From NCBI GenBank assembly GCA_043804695.1, contig JAZDIV010000051.1, positions 1-30,119 on the forward strand: a stretch of DNA of 30,119 nt, in the 5' to 3' direction. The translations under genes and the position numbers were made by a program. The notes beneath the pieces are model-generated. The model did no database searches, had not been told where the DNA came from, and worked only from the letters and a program-made list of their open reading frames with translations. The first letter of the stretch is position 1; each line of letters begins with the position of its first letter. Shown one piece after another: positions 17,826-26,571 of this stretch. The DNA comes from PVC group bacterium. GTDB taxonomy: Bacteria > Auribacterota > Erginobacteria > Erginobacterales > Erginobacteraceae.

Positions 17826-19193
17826 ATGATGCCGATATTCAGAAAACATCTCTGGCTGCCGGTCGTTCTGGCGGTGTGTTGTTTCCCGGCCTGTTTCTTC
17901 GGCGCCGAAGAAGGCGATACCACTCCCCCCGAGAAACTGGAGGAGGCTCCCCCCCGGAGCGTCTACGAGAATCTTGATCTCTTTACCCGGGTGATGGAGA
18001 TCGTGAACCAGAAGTACGTGGACAAGGTCGACCGGCAGAAGCTCATCTATGGAGCGCTCCAGGGAATGATCAGTTCGCTGGACGACTACAGCCAGTTCAT
18101 GGAGCCCGATATCTACAAGGAGATGCAGGTCGAGACCAAGGGGGAGTTCGGCGGGGTGGGGATAGAGATCACCCTCCGGGACGGCGTCCTCACGGTCATC
18201 ACCCCGATCGAAGGCACCCCCGCCGGCCGGGCCGGGCTTCACCCGGGAGATAAGATCGTCAAGATTGAAGGGGAGACGACCAAGAACATCACGCTGATGG
18301 AGGCGGTGAAGAAGCTCCGCGGCAAGCCCGGTTCCCCGGTCACCATCACCGTCATGCGATCCGGGGAAAAAGAGTTCCTCGACTTCACCATCGTGCGCGA
18401 TATCATCAAGATCGACAGCGTTAAAGAAACCCGGATGCTCGATGACCGGATCGGCTACATCCGGCTGGTCCAGTTCCAGGAGAACACGATGGAGGAGTTC
18501 GATCAGGCCCTGGAGGAACTGGAGGCCGCGGAGATTAAGGCGCTGATCCTTGATCTGCGCTGGAACCCGGGCGGTCTGTTGACGTCGGCCATCGGCGTCG
18601 CCGACCGGTTTCTGAAAGAAGGGCAGCTGATCGTCGAGACCCGGGGGCGCGACGAGCAGGTGGAGATGCAGGCCCGGGCCACCGGCGGGGATCCCGTGAC
18701 GAACATCCCGATGGCGATACTGATCAATGAGGGCAGCGCCAGCGGCTCGGAGATCGTCGCCGGCGCCCTGCGGGATAATTCCCGGGCCGTCCTGGTCGGC
18801 GCCAAGTCTTTCGGCAAGGGATCGGTGCAGAGCGTGCTCCCGCTCCCGGATGAAACAGGCATCCGGCTGACCACCGGACGGTACTATACCGCCGCCCATC
18901 GGGTGATCCAGGACAACGGGATCGAACCCGACGTCGCCGTGGAGATGACGCTGGACGAGAAGAAGGACTTCTTCAAGAAAAAGTATCAGGCGCTGGAAGA
19001 GATCGAAAAGCAAAAGGAGGATCCGGAGCTGGAAGGCGATCTCCCCGAAGAGCTTGATGATGACAGCGGCGAAGATGCAGATGAGGAGGAAGAGGAGGAG
19101 TCTCTGGATCCGCAGCTGCGGACCGCGGTTGATATACTGAAGGGGATCCTGATCCAGCAGCAGTTCGACGAGGAGACCGGGGTGGAGAGTTAA
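17826..19193 (+). CDS. ctpA: Carboxy-terminal processing protease, S41 family
   Basis: Signal peptide, PDZ domain (GVGI), DLR.NPGG, SASGSEI, SFGKGSVQ, GIEPD, DPQL. Confidence 0.95.
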   Translation: MMPIFRKHLWLPVVLAVCCFPACFFGAEEGDTTPPEKLEEAPPRSVYENLDLFTRVMEIVNQKYVDKVDRQKLIYGALQGMISSLDDYSQFMEPDIYKEMQVETKGEFGGVGIEITLRDGVLTVITPIEGTPAGRAGLHPGDKIVKIEGETTKNITLMEAVKKLRGKPGSPVTITVMRSGEKEFLDFTIVRDIIKIDSVKETRMLDDRIGYIRLVQFQENTMEEFDQALEELEAAEIKALILDLRWNPGGLLTSAIGVADRFLKEGQLIVETRGRDEQVEMQARATGGDPVTNIPMAILINEGSASGSEIVAGALRDNSRAVLVGAKSFGKGSVQSVLPLPDETGIRLTTGRYYTAAHRVIQDNGIEPDVAVEMTLDEKKDFFKKKYQALEEIEKQKEDPELEGDLPEELDDDSGEDADEEEEEESLDPQLRTAVDILKGILIQQQFDEETGVES

Positions 19194-19204
19194 AATTACT
19201 ATAT

Positions 19205-19257
19205 AACCACGAAGAACACACCCGTAGGACAACCGTACGGGGGTGCTCTTCGTGGTT
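19205..19257. repeat. CCACGAAG-family hairpin
   Basis: AACCACGAAGAACAC...GTGCTCTTCGTGGTT with an inner CCCGTA/TACGGG stem. Confidence 0.75.
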
Positions 19258-19281
19258 TTATTGTGCGCACAAGAAGTGCGG

Positions 19282-20370
19282 ATGAATAACAGATATAGTC
19301 TGCTGATCCTCCTGATCCCGGGCTTGCTGGCCGGGTGCGCCGCCCCTGAAGCGGATATTTTTACCGGGCCGCCGGCTCCGGTTTTACCGGCCGATCCGCC
19401 GGTGCTCAATCAGGTGGACATGGTTCTGGCCGGGGTCCTGGGCGGACTGATCCCTCCCTGGGAAGAGTGGCCGCCCCGGGAGGAGGTTTCGCCCGCCCCG
19501 CCGGGATCTGTCATCGTCACCCGTTCCCTGCCGCTCTCTTCGCTCGCGTATTTTTCCCGCCTCCGGCCCCGGCTCCACGCCTCGCTGGAAGAAGCGGGGA
19601 TTTCCCGGTTTGAGATCAGCCGGTATCCTTCCCCCGGCGGGGAAGGGTGGGAGGTGTCGGTGGCGGTGGACGGCCAGGTGATGTACCGGGTGGAGCTTGT
19701 CCAGAAAATTGCCGCCCGGGTTGCCGTCATCATCGACGACTGCGGCAACTCGCTGAAAAATCGGGACCTGCTCTTCACCCTCGATTATCCGCTGACCGTC
19801 GCCATTCTCCCCGGATTGGCGCACTCGGCGGCGGTTGACCGCCTGGCGGCCGAGCACGGTTTCGAGGTGATGCTCCATTGTCCCCTGGAGGCGATCGATC
19901 CGGATATCCCCCTGGGGCCGGGCAGTATCGACGGCGGGATGGCGCCCGATGAGATGAGCCGGGTCTTCGAGGAGGACATCCGGAGCGTGCCGCATGCCGT
20001 CGGCATGAATAACCACATGGGATCGGCGTTCACCGCCGACACGGAGGCGATGCGTCTCCTGATGGATGAGGTCAGGAAGAAGGGCCTTTTCTTCGTCGAC
20101 AGCCTGACGGTAAGAGATACCGTGACCCGGGAGACAGCGGAGGCCGCCGGCGTGCGGCATGCTTTCCGGGATATTTTCCTGGACCATGAGATGAACGACG
20201 AGTTCATCATCCGCCAGTTCGGCGTTTTGAAGAGAAAAGCGCTGCACAGGGGCTGCGCGATCGCCATCGGCCACGACCGGCAGCTCACCCTGGAGATAGT
20301 GAGCCGGGAGATCCCGTCCCTGGCTGATGACAACATCCAGCTGGTCCCGGTTTCCGACCTGATCGAGTGA
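19282..20370 (+). CDS. Divergent polysaccharide deacetylase (YibQ family) lipoprotein
   Basis: Lipobox LAGC; AVIIDD.G, MLHCPLE, GMNNHMGS, FFVDS.T, RDIFLD, AIAIGH; follows ctpA, a common synteny. Confidence 0.9.
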   Translation: MNNRYSLLILLIPGLLAGCAAPEADIFTGPPAPVLPADPPVLNQVDMVLAGVLGGLIPPWEEWPPREEVSPAPPGSVIVTRSLPLSSLAYFSRLRPRLHASLEEAGISRFEISRYPSPGGEGWEVSVAVDGQVMYRVELVQKIAARVAVIIDDCGNSLKNRDLLFTLDYPLTVAILPGLAHSAAVDRLAAEHGFEVMLHCPLEAIDPDIPLGPGSIDGGMAPDEMSRVFEEDIRSVPHAVGMNNHMGSAFTADTEAMRLLMDEVRKKGLFFVDSLTVRDTVTRETAEAAGVRHAFRDIFLDHEMNDEFIIRQFGVLKRKALHRGCAIAIGHDRQLTLEIVSREIPSLADDNIQLVPVSDLIE

Positions 20371-20506
20371 GGCGGGAGAATAAACGGGAAAAACAAAGAT
20401 ATGCCCGCCGCACCTGCTTTTCAATCCGGATCCCCGCTCTCAGGATCTGTTGGCCGGTTTGTTCGCCATCTGATTTCATGATTGTTCTCCCGGTTGTTCT
20501 GGTGGT

Positions 20507-20746
20507 AGCTCTACCCTGCTCGAAAATTATGTCACCTTGAAACCAAATCAATTAAAACCACGAAGGACACGAAGGTCACGAAGATTTAAAAAAAATGAGC
20601 TAAATTTCGTTTGTTCCTCAACTATTCTTCGTGTCCTTCGTGCCTGCGCGCTGAAGCGCTACGGCGCGCAAGCGTGATCTTCGTGGTGAATTACTTCGTT
20701 GTTTTAGATGAAATCTTCAAAATACCTTTTCGAGTAAGGTATAGCT
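20507..20746. mobile_element. MITE-like element copy 1
   Basis: Terminal IRs AGCTCTACCCTGCTCGAAAA / TTTTCGAGTAAGGTATAGCT (17/20 match) enclosing a 9-mer-repeat palindrome. Confidence 0.7.
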
Positions 20747-21469
20747 CAGCAGTATCCCCGTTGTATACCGGACGGATCGCGTGTCCTGGGCGGGAAGGCC
20801 CCAGTCCCTGATCCATCGAACCGGCCGGGGCCCGCCCCCGCAGACGGGGAACGCCGCGGCTCCCCGGCAGAGCGCGTTGATCCAGAAGCCGCAGGCCTCG
20901 AGCGCGAACAGCCTCTTTGCCGGCTGCCGGCATTCCGGTCCCGTCCCGCACCCCCGGGCGCAGACCCGGCAGGGGCCGCAGGCATACGTTTCGATGACGG
21001 AGTATCCCTCTCCGCCCAGGGCTTGGGCCGCCCGGACGAGGAAGGGGTGGATGTCTCCCTGCCGGCCGGAATCCTCGCTCCCCTCAAACTGGATGATCAG
21101 GAAACTCCCGGCGCCTGAGAGGAGCCGAACCATTTCCGTCACGGCCGGCGAATGCGGCGGGCAGCCCTTCCAGTGCATCAGGATCCCGGGGCAGGAGGGG
21201 ATGGATCCGTCAACGGTACGGTAGGGGATGCGGCAGAACCCCCGGATTTCTTCCTCGACAACGGCGCCGGCCGGGGGCATCAGTCCGGCCCGGAGGGTGA
21301 ACCCTTTCAGGGAGGGGTCGTCCTCTTTCAGCGCCCGGAGGATGCTCCTGATCCGGCGCCGGTGGCCTGCGTGGAAACTGAGAAACGCCGCTTCCGGCTT
21401 ATCATCGGCCACCGGGAGCATCCGGTCAGCCAGCCGTATGTAGTCTACTGTGGATACTGTTCTCTTCAC
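20717..21469 (-). CDS. DUF2284-like Cys-rich metal-binding protein
   Basis: CPPH, CGPC.VC..C...ECRQP...F.LEACG, and YTTG.LL near the C-terminus. Confidence 0.75.
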   Translation of the reverse strand: MKRTVSTVDYIRLADRMLPVADDKPEAAFLSFHAGHRRRIRSILRALKEDDPSLKGFTLRAGLMPPAGAVVEEEIRGFCRIPYRTVDGSIPSCPGILMHWKGCPPHSPAVTEMVRLLSGAGSFLIIQFEGSEDSGRQGDIHPFLVRAAQALGGEGYSVIETYACGPCRVCARGCGTGPECRQPAKRLFALEACGFWINALCRGAAAFPVCGGGPRPVRWIRDWGLPAQDTRSVRYTTGILLSYTLLEKVF

Positions 21470-21527
21470 GGCACGAGGGGGAAATGAACTCGATTATGTT
21501 TGATCCGGGCTGCCGTCGGGACCGGGT

Positions 21528-21736
21528 AACTATACCCTGATCGAAAAGCGTATCCCTTTGAAACAAAACTAATTAAAACCACGGAGGACACAGAGAACAC
21601 GGAGAATTTTAAAAAAATGCGCGAAATCTATTCATTTATCTGTTTTTTCTCCGTGGTCTCCGTGATCTCCGTGGTAAAATTCAATCCATCTTCGAGAATA
21701 AGCCGCTTAAAATACCTTTTTGAGCAAGGTATAGCT
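21528..21736. mobile_element. MITE-like element copy 2
   Basis: Terminal IRs AACTATACCCTGATCGAAAAG / CTTTTTGAGCAAGGTATAGCT; internal organisation collinear with 20507-20746. Confidence 0.7.
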
Positions 21737-21782
21737 ACGTGTGCGGCATATCCTCCCGGCGGGGGGAGAGGAAGGCTCACTG

Positions 21783-22442
21783 CTACTTTTCCGGATATCC
21801 CACCGGCTGGGTCAGGATGACTTTCTGATCGGGACGCAGCCCCATCTTCTTTTCCAGGGCGGGCTTGTCCACGTGGCCCAGGACCACCGTGACCAGTCCT
21901 TCGGAAGCGCAGAACAGATAGACATTCTGGCTGATGAACCCGGTATCCGCCGCGGAATAGAAGTCTTGCCTTTCCCTGTCCGCTTTCCCCATGCGGGAGA
22001 GGTCGGCCACGTAGATCAGGTTCACCGGCGCGTCCTGCGTGAAATCCTGGTTCCCGGTCAGGGCCCGGATATCTTCCCCCAGAACCGGTTTCAGCATGTT
22101 GGCCAAAGCGTCGTACAGGAAAAGCCCCTCTTCCAGGGCGACGTAAATATCGATCTCCTGCCAGTTGACGGCGGAGGGCGCGGTGCGCTTCCCCGCCTCC
22201 GGCCGGTTCACCCCGAAGGCCGCCCAGAGCAGGTCGGCCAGCAGCTGCCCGGGGAGTTTTTGATTGCTGAATTCACGCGATGACCGTCTCTCTTTCAGTG
22301 CTTCCAGCAATGGCTTGCCTCCCTCCATCCGGGGCTTCAAGAGCTGGATCGGTTTCAGATCCCCACCGGCCGGGAGGAGAGGAGAGAGAAGAAGAACGAC
22401 GGCTGACAGAAGGATGGAGAAGGTGAAACTGCTTTTTTTCAT
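21783..22442 (-). CDS. Nitroreductase (SagB/ThcOx family) with signal peptide
   Basis: RRSSREF, LLWAAFG.NR, RTAPSA.NWQ, DTGFISQNVYLFCASEGL, QPVGYP. ATG at 22442 with AGGGAGG RBS. Confidence 0.9.
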   Translation of the reverse strand: MKKSSFTFSILLSAVVLLLSPLLPAGGDLKPIQLLKPRMEGGKPLLEALKERRSSREFSNQKLPGQLLADLLWAAFGVNRPEAGKRTAPSAVNWQEIDIYVALEEGLFLYDALANMLKPVLGEDIRALTGNQDFTQDAPVNLIYVADLSRMGKADRERQDFYSAADTGFISQNVYLFCASEGLVTVVLGHVDKPALEKKMGLRPDQKVILTQPVGYPEK

Positions 22443-22482
22443 TCTGCCCTCCCTGATGATAAGCTTATGAAACACCTCCGGG

Positions 22483-23247
22483 TTATTTCCGTCTGACATA
22501 GATGGCTTTCTGCCGGGGATCGGGACCCGCCTGCCGGCTGACCACTTCAAACGCGTCCAGCGCCCGGATGAGGGAGCTTAATTTCGCGTACCCGTAGTTC
22601 CGGGGGTCGAAGGAGGGGGACTGGTTCGATATCTTGGAGCCGATGCTTCCGAGCCGGGCCCACCCGTCGTCATCCGCGACCGCGTCGACGGCGTCGGAGA
22701 CGAGAGAGACCAGCTTGGCATCTTTCTTCAGCGTGGTTTCGCTTTTCCTCTTCCGGGCGCCGGGAGATTTCCTGACGGCGCTTTCCTCCCGTCCCTGCTC
22801 CTTTTTGAGAATGTCGGTGTAGATGAATTTGTCGCACGCGCTCACGAACGAATCGGGTGTTTTTCTCTCTCCAATACCGTACACGAGCGCCCCCTCTTCC
22901 CGGATCCGGGACGCCAGCCGGGTGAAATCGCTGTCGCTGGAGACGATACAGAACCCGTCGAACCGTTTCGTGTAGAGCAGGTCCATCGCATCGATGATCA
23001 TCGCGCTGTCGGTCGCGTTCTTGCCGATGGTGTGGCGGAACTGCTGGATGGGATGGATGGCGAAACTGGCCAGAACTTTTTTCCAGCCGCTCAAATTGGT
23101 CGAGGTCCAGTCCCCGTAGATGCGCTTGACCGTGGTCACCCCGAATTTCGCCGTCTCCGCCAGCAGGGGTTCGATCAGGGCCGGTGAGGCGTTGTCGGCA
23201 TCGATCAGCACCGCCAGCCGTTGCTGTTGTCCTGTTCTGATATCCAT
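22483..23247 (-). CDS. NYN domain protein with C-terminal OST-HTH/LOTUS domain
   Basis: AVLIDADN, RIYGDW, GKNATD..MIIDAMDLL, VSSDSDF, FDPRNYGY.KLS.L. Confidence 0.93.
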   Translation of the reverse strand: MDIRTGQQQRLAVLIDADNASPALIEPLLAETAKFGVTTVKRIYGDWTSTNLSGWKKVLASFAIHPIQQFRHTIGKNATDSAMIIDAMDLLYTKRFDGFCIVSSDSDFTRLASRIREEGALVYGIGERKTPDSFVSACDKFIYTDILKKEQGREESAVRKSPGARKRKSETTLKKDAKLVSLVSDAVDAVADDDGWARLGSIGSKISNQSPSFDPRNYGYAKLSSLIRALDAFEVVSRQAGPDPRQKAIYVRRK

Positions 23248-23318
23248 AATGTGCTCCTCGGTGTCAGAAAAAACCTCCCGATCCTTTGCATCCTTTGCGA
23301 GGATGATTATATCAAATC

Positions 23319-23409
23319 GCCACGAAGATCACCAAGGTTAATGAAAAAAAGTCAATGCGTGCTCCAGATCCCCGAAAATCCCTTCGTGGACGTCGTGACC
23401 TTTGTGGTT
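23319..23409. repeat. Degenerate CCACGAAG 9-mer palindrome
   Basis: CCACGAAGATCACCAAGG...CTTCGTGGACGTCGTGACCTTTGTGG. Confidence 0.7.
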
Positions 23410-23452
23410 AGAAAGTTGCGCCGACGGGGCCGGCTCGATATGACCACGGGCA

Positions 23453-24034
23453 TCATTCCAGCGCCAGGCTCCGTCCGAACTCCGCGGCCTTGCGCATGGC
23501 TTCGCCGTCGTCCGCGATCGCTCCCGGATCCACCGGCGCCAGCGGCAGGAGCAGGCCCGTGTAATGGGCGCCGATAATCTTGGTGGTGGAGAGGAACTGT
23601 TCCTCCAGCACCTCCAGGTTGCCCTCCAGGGTGCCGCCGCCGGAGGAGATCAGGGCCAGGGTTTTCCCGGAGAGGGGGCTTTTGATCCCGTCCTCGAGAA
23701 ATTGAACCAGGCAATACATCCGGTCGATGAATATCTTGATCTGGGCGCTGTAGCTCAGCCAATATACCGGTGTGGCGAAGACGATGGTATCGTATTCCGG
23801 CAGTCTCCCGACCTGCCGCGCCACCTCGTCTCCGATCACGCACCGGAACTCCCCGGCCTTTTTGCACCAGAGGCACCCGGAGCACCCCGGCACGGTGTGT
23901 TTCAGTTTGACGGCGTTGATCTCCTCCACCGTCGCGCCGGCCTCTCTCGCCGCTTTCATCGCCCGCTCCATCAAGACCCGGGTATTGCCGTTCTCCCGGG
24001 GACTCCCGAAAATAAAGACGATTTTCCTGCTCAT
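23453..24034 (-). CDS. Flavodoxin / iron-sulfur flavoprotein (NADPH-dependent FMN reductase family)
   Basis: GSPR.NGNT, CSGCLWC...C, FATPVYW, K.FIDR. Confidence 0.92.
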   Translation of the reverse strand: MSRKIVFIFGSPRENGNTRVLMERAMKAAREAGATVEEINAVKLKHTVPGCSGCLWCKKAGEFRCVIGDEVARQVGRLPEYDTIVFATPVYWLSYSAQIKIFIDRMYCLVQFLEDGIKSPLSGKTLALISSGGGTLEGNLEVLEEQFLSTTKIIGAHYTGLLLPLAPVDPGAIADDGEAMRKAAEFGRSLALE

Positions 24035-24104
24035 GAGATCTCCCCCAATGGTTGGTCAGAATAGAGGTTCTCTTTCATTTTGTATGGGTGAATCCATTAT
24101 ACGG

Positions 24105-24164
24105 GTCATTGCGAGGAGCGTTTGCCCCGAAGACCTTCGGGGTAATAAGCGACGAAGCAATCTC
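24105..24164 (+). repeat. GTCATTGCGAG...GAAGCAATCTC palindromic element with nested hairpin
   Basis: GTCATTGCGAGGAGCG (24105-24120) and AGCGACGAAGCAATCTC (24148-24164), separated by CCCCGAAGACCTTCGGGG. Confidence 0.7.
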
Positions 24165-24218
24165 TAATAAAATAATTTTGGTACATTGTTATTCATATAA
24201 ATTTGCGAGCGCAGCGAG

Positions 24219-26279
24219 CTAATTTATATTCAGGTTGTTGATGTGGTCGGCCAGTTCCTTCCTCAACCTCTCGACCAGGCCGTTTTGGGTCGCGATCTTT
24301 TCCTGGAGCGCCTCGATCTCCGTTTCCAGGTCGAGGAGCTTTTTCTCGAACCGGCTGTAGGCCTGGCTTCCCCGGGTTACCGAACCCATGTTCTTCCGCA
24401 CGTGTTCCTGCTCACCGCGCAGGCTCTTCACCTCCGCCTCGAGGTCGTCGAGGTCACGCTCGGCCTGGGAGAGGGCGTTCTTCATCTCGACCACTTTCGC
24501 CAAAGCGTCGCGCGCTTTCTGGGGGACCTCGCCGTTCCGGGCGTACCAGAGAAGATCACCCGCGGCGCAGGGCAGAATGGCGATGGTCTGGGCGGCGTCC
24601 TTTTCTTCGATCACCTCGAACGTGCCGGTCTCCGCGGGCGGCACCTCGACCTCGAACCGGTAGAGGTCGCCGGTCTGCTCCAGCGGTTTATCCGGCTGGA
24701 TCAGCTTCCCGTCCCTCCGGCGCGGATGCTCGATGATCACGGCGCGTTCCGTTTCGGCCTTGTTCTTGAGGATGTATTCCTGCTGATAGCGGTACCGGCG
24801 CCCGACCTCCATGACGCCGCGGACGATCTTCACGGTCACGATCCGGTCCGATGATTTTTGTGACGAGTCGACCGTCACCTTCAGGTCGATCGCGTAACTA
24901 AGCAGCCGTTTGTCCCCCGGCGAGAGGCTGCCGATCTGGGCGTCGCCGGCGTAGGTTCCGGCGTCGAAGACCGTCACCGGCCCGGCCAGCAGGCTTAAGT
25001 CCGTGTCGTTGGTAAGCCAGACCCCGTTCAGGGGATTTCCGGCCAGGACCCCCCGGTTGTAGATGCTGACCCGGCGGGCTTCGACGTCCTGGTTGATGAT
25101 CGGGAGCATGGCGGACTTGCTCCGGGGGAGCGTCACCGGGCTTCCGATCCGATAGGAGAAGAGCTCGCCGACCGCCGCCCCTTCGGCGGCGGGTTGGACC
25201 GCCGCCAGCTGGTCCCGCAGGTCGGCCGCCTCCTCGAATTCCGCTCGATCGTACACCATTGAACCCGGACTCGGCGCCATCGCTTTTTGCATCATCCGCA
25301 TGTCTCCCCGCCCTCTCCCCGGGGCGGCGGGAAGGTTCAGTTCTTCCAGGGGCAAGGTCATCCCCTCGGCATGGACCGGGGGACGGAGGGAGGAGTACAG
25401 CTCGGGCTCGACCACGGGTCTCGGCAGGTAAAGCGGGGTGTAGAGATCCTGGATAAACGAGATCGGCCGGCCGGAGACGAACGTCAGCTCGACGTTCTCC
25501 CAGTCGAAATCGCTTGTGTTTTCGACGATCGCCCAGCCCTGCATCAGCGCCGTCCCGGCGTCGGCATCCCCGAGAACCAGGCGGTAGCTTGTTTTCCAGA
25601 CCGGCGCTTCGTTGATGTACCCGACGCGCACTCTCCGCTCCCCCTCCCCACGGAAGCTGAGCTGGACCGGCTTGCGGCTGGTGTCCCGGTTCTCGGCCAG
25701 AAGGGCGAGAGCCTTGTTCAGTTCGGAGCCGAGCTTCTCGTCGCCGAGGCGGAGGCTGGAGATCGTGTCCAGGGCGATCGATTTCACCCCCCCGGGGGTG
25801 AGGATATTCAGGATCTCCCGCTCGATGATAACGTTGGCGGGGAGCACCTGCTCCTTTCTGGTCTCGATCCCCAGGATCTTGCCCGCGATCGTATCCGGCG
25901 CCTCGACAACGACATCGGCGCCCCTGAGCTGGCGGAGAAGCTGCCCCAGGGTCGGGTCTCCGGAGATATCGACGCCGAAATTCTTGAGCGCCCGCGCCAG
26001 CGGTTCCTGTGAGGCGTAATTAACCCCGTCGATCTTCCCGCCGTCCCGGTCAATCAGCACCAGCGACTTCAGGATGTCGTTGATCTGTCCGGTCTTGAAC
26101 TCAAGCAAGACATCCTCGTTCCCCCGCACGGTGCCGTTGTGTTCATAGTAGGCGACGCCCGAGATGAACGCCGTGACTTTCGTCACCGGCAGAACCGTCT
26201 CCTCCGCTCCGGCGGCCGGCACTCCCGGCACCAAGAGCGCCATCACCGGCATCCACGCCAACAGTGTCAGCTTTTTCAT
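24219..26279 (-). CDS. Secreted DUF4139-like protein with C-terminal coiled coil
   Basis: Signal peptide; LPV.KV..F.SGVAY, INDILKSL, PVWKTSYRL, QGWAIVEN...DW, G.PISF..DLY.P. Confidence 0.85.
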   Translation of the reverse strand: MKKLTLLAWMPVMALLVPGVPAAGAEETVLPVTKVTAFISGVAYYEHNGTVRGNEDVLLEFKTGQINDILKSLVLIDRDGGKIDGVNYASQEPLARALKNFGVDISGDPTLGQLLRQLRGADVVVEAPDTIAGKILGIETRKEQVLPANVIIEREILNILTPGGVKSIALDTISSLRLGDEKLGSELNKALALLAENRDTSRKPVQLSFRGEGERRVRVGYINEAPVWKTSYRLVLGDADAGTALMQGWAIVENTSDFDWENVELTFVSGRPISFIQDLYTPLYLPRPVVEPELYSSLRPPVHAEGMTLPLEELNLPAAPGRGRGDMRMMQKAMAPSPGSMVYDRAEFEEAADLRDQLAAVQPAAEGAAVGELFSYRIGSPVTLPRSKSAMLPIINQDVEARRVSIYNRGVLAGNPLNGVWLTNDTDLSLLAGPVTVFDAGTYAGDAQIGSLSPGDKRLLSYAIDLKVTVDSSQKSSDRIVTVKIVRGVMEVGRRYRYQQEYILKNKAETERAVIIEHPRRRDGKLIQPDKPLEQTGDLYRFEVEVPPAETGTFEVIEEKDAAQTIAILPCAAGDLLWYARNGEVPQKARDALAKVVEMKNALSQAERDLDDLEAEVKSLRGEQEHVRKNMGSVTRGSQAYSRFEKKLLDLETEIEALQEKIATQNGLVERLRKELADHINNLNIN

Positions 26280-26321
26280 GGTATGTTCTCCTCTATCAAA
26301 TTAGCGCCTTCGGCGCAACTT

Positions 26322-26433
26322 GGTTACGGTTACGGCGACGAGGCCCGTTTCGTCTATCGGCTACGGTTACGTTCACCCAACGAGGCGGCCGTTACCGTTG
26401 CCCTCACCGATACGGGCTTCGTTACCGTTGCCC
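26322..26433. repeat. Hexamer tandem-repeat palindrome
   Basis: (GGTTAC)-like left arm and (CGTTAC/CGTTGC) right arm; CGAGGCCCGT pairs with ACGGGCTTCG. Confidence 0.7.
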
Positions 26434-26543
26434 TTTTTGAAAGTTCCGAAGCAGTAAATTAGATCACTTCGTTTCTGATGTATGCTACCATGTAAAAATT
26501 AGATTGGTTATGGAAATATTGTATCCCTTCAGTATCTCAATAA

Positions 26544-26570
26544 TCTTATTTTTCCGGAGGAAAAATAAGA
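26544..26570. repeat. 27-bp palindrome over the tsaD RBS
   Basis: TCTTATTTTTCC-GGA-GGAAAAATAAGA; exact reverse complement at 27799-27825. Confidence 0.9.
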
Positions 26571-26571
26571 G

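Noticed and set aside
15470..20424. Long antisense ORFs (15470-16534, 17763-19409, 19384-20424)
   Set aside because: Mirror frames of the transcarbamylase, ctpA and yibQ-like genes; no motifs of their own.
20507..21736. Second CRISPR array from the 9-mer repeats
   Set aside because: The units are short tandem repeats forming inverted arms, with no unique spacers between identical repeats.
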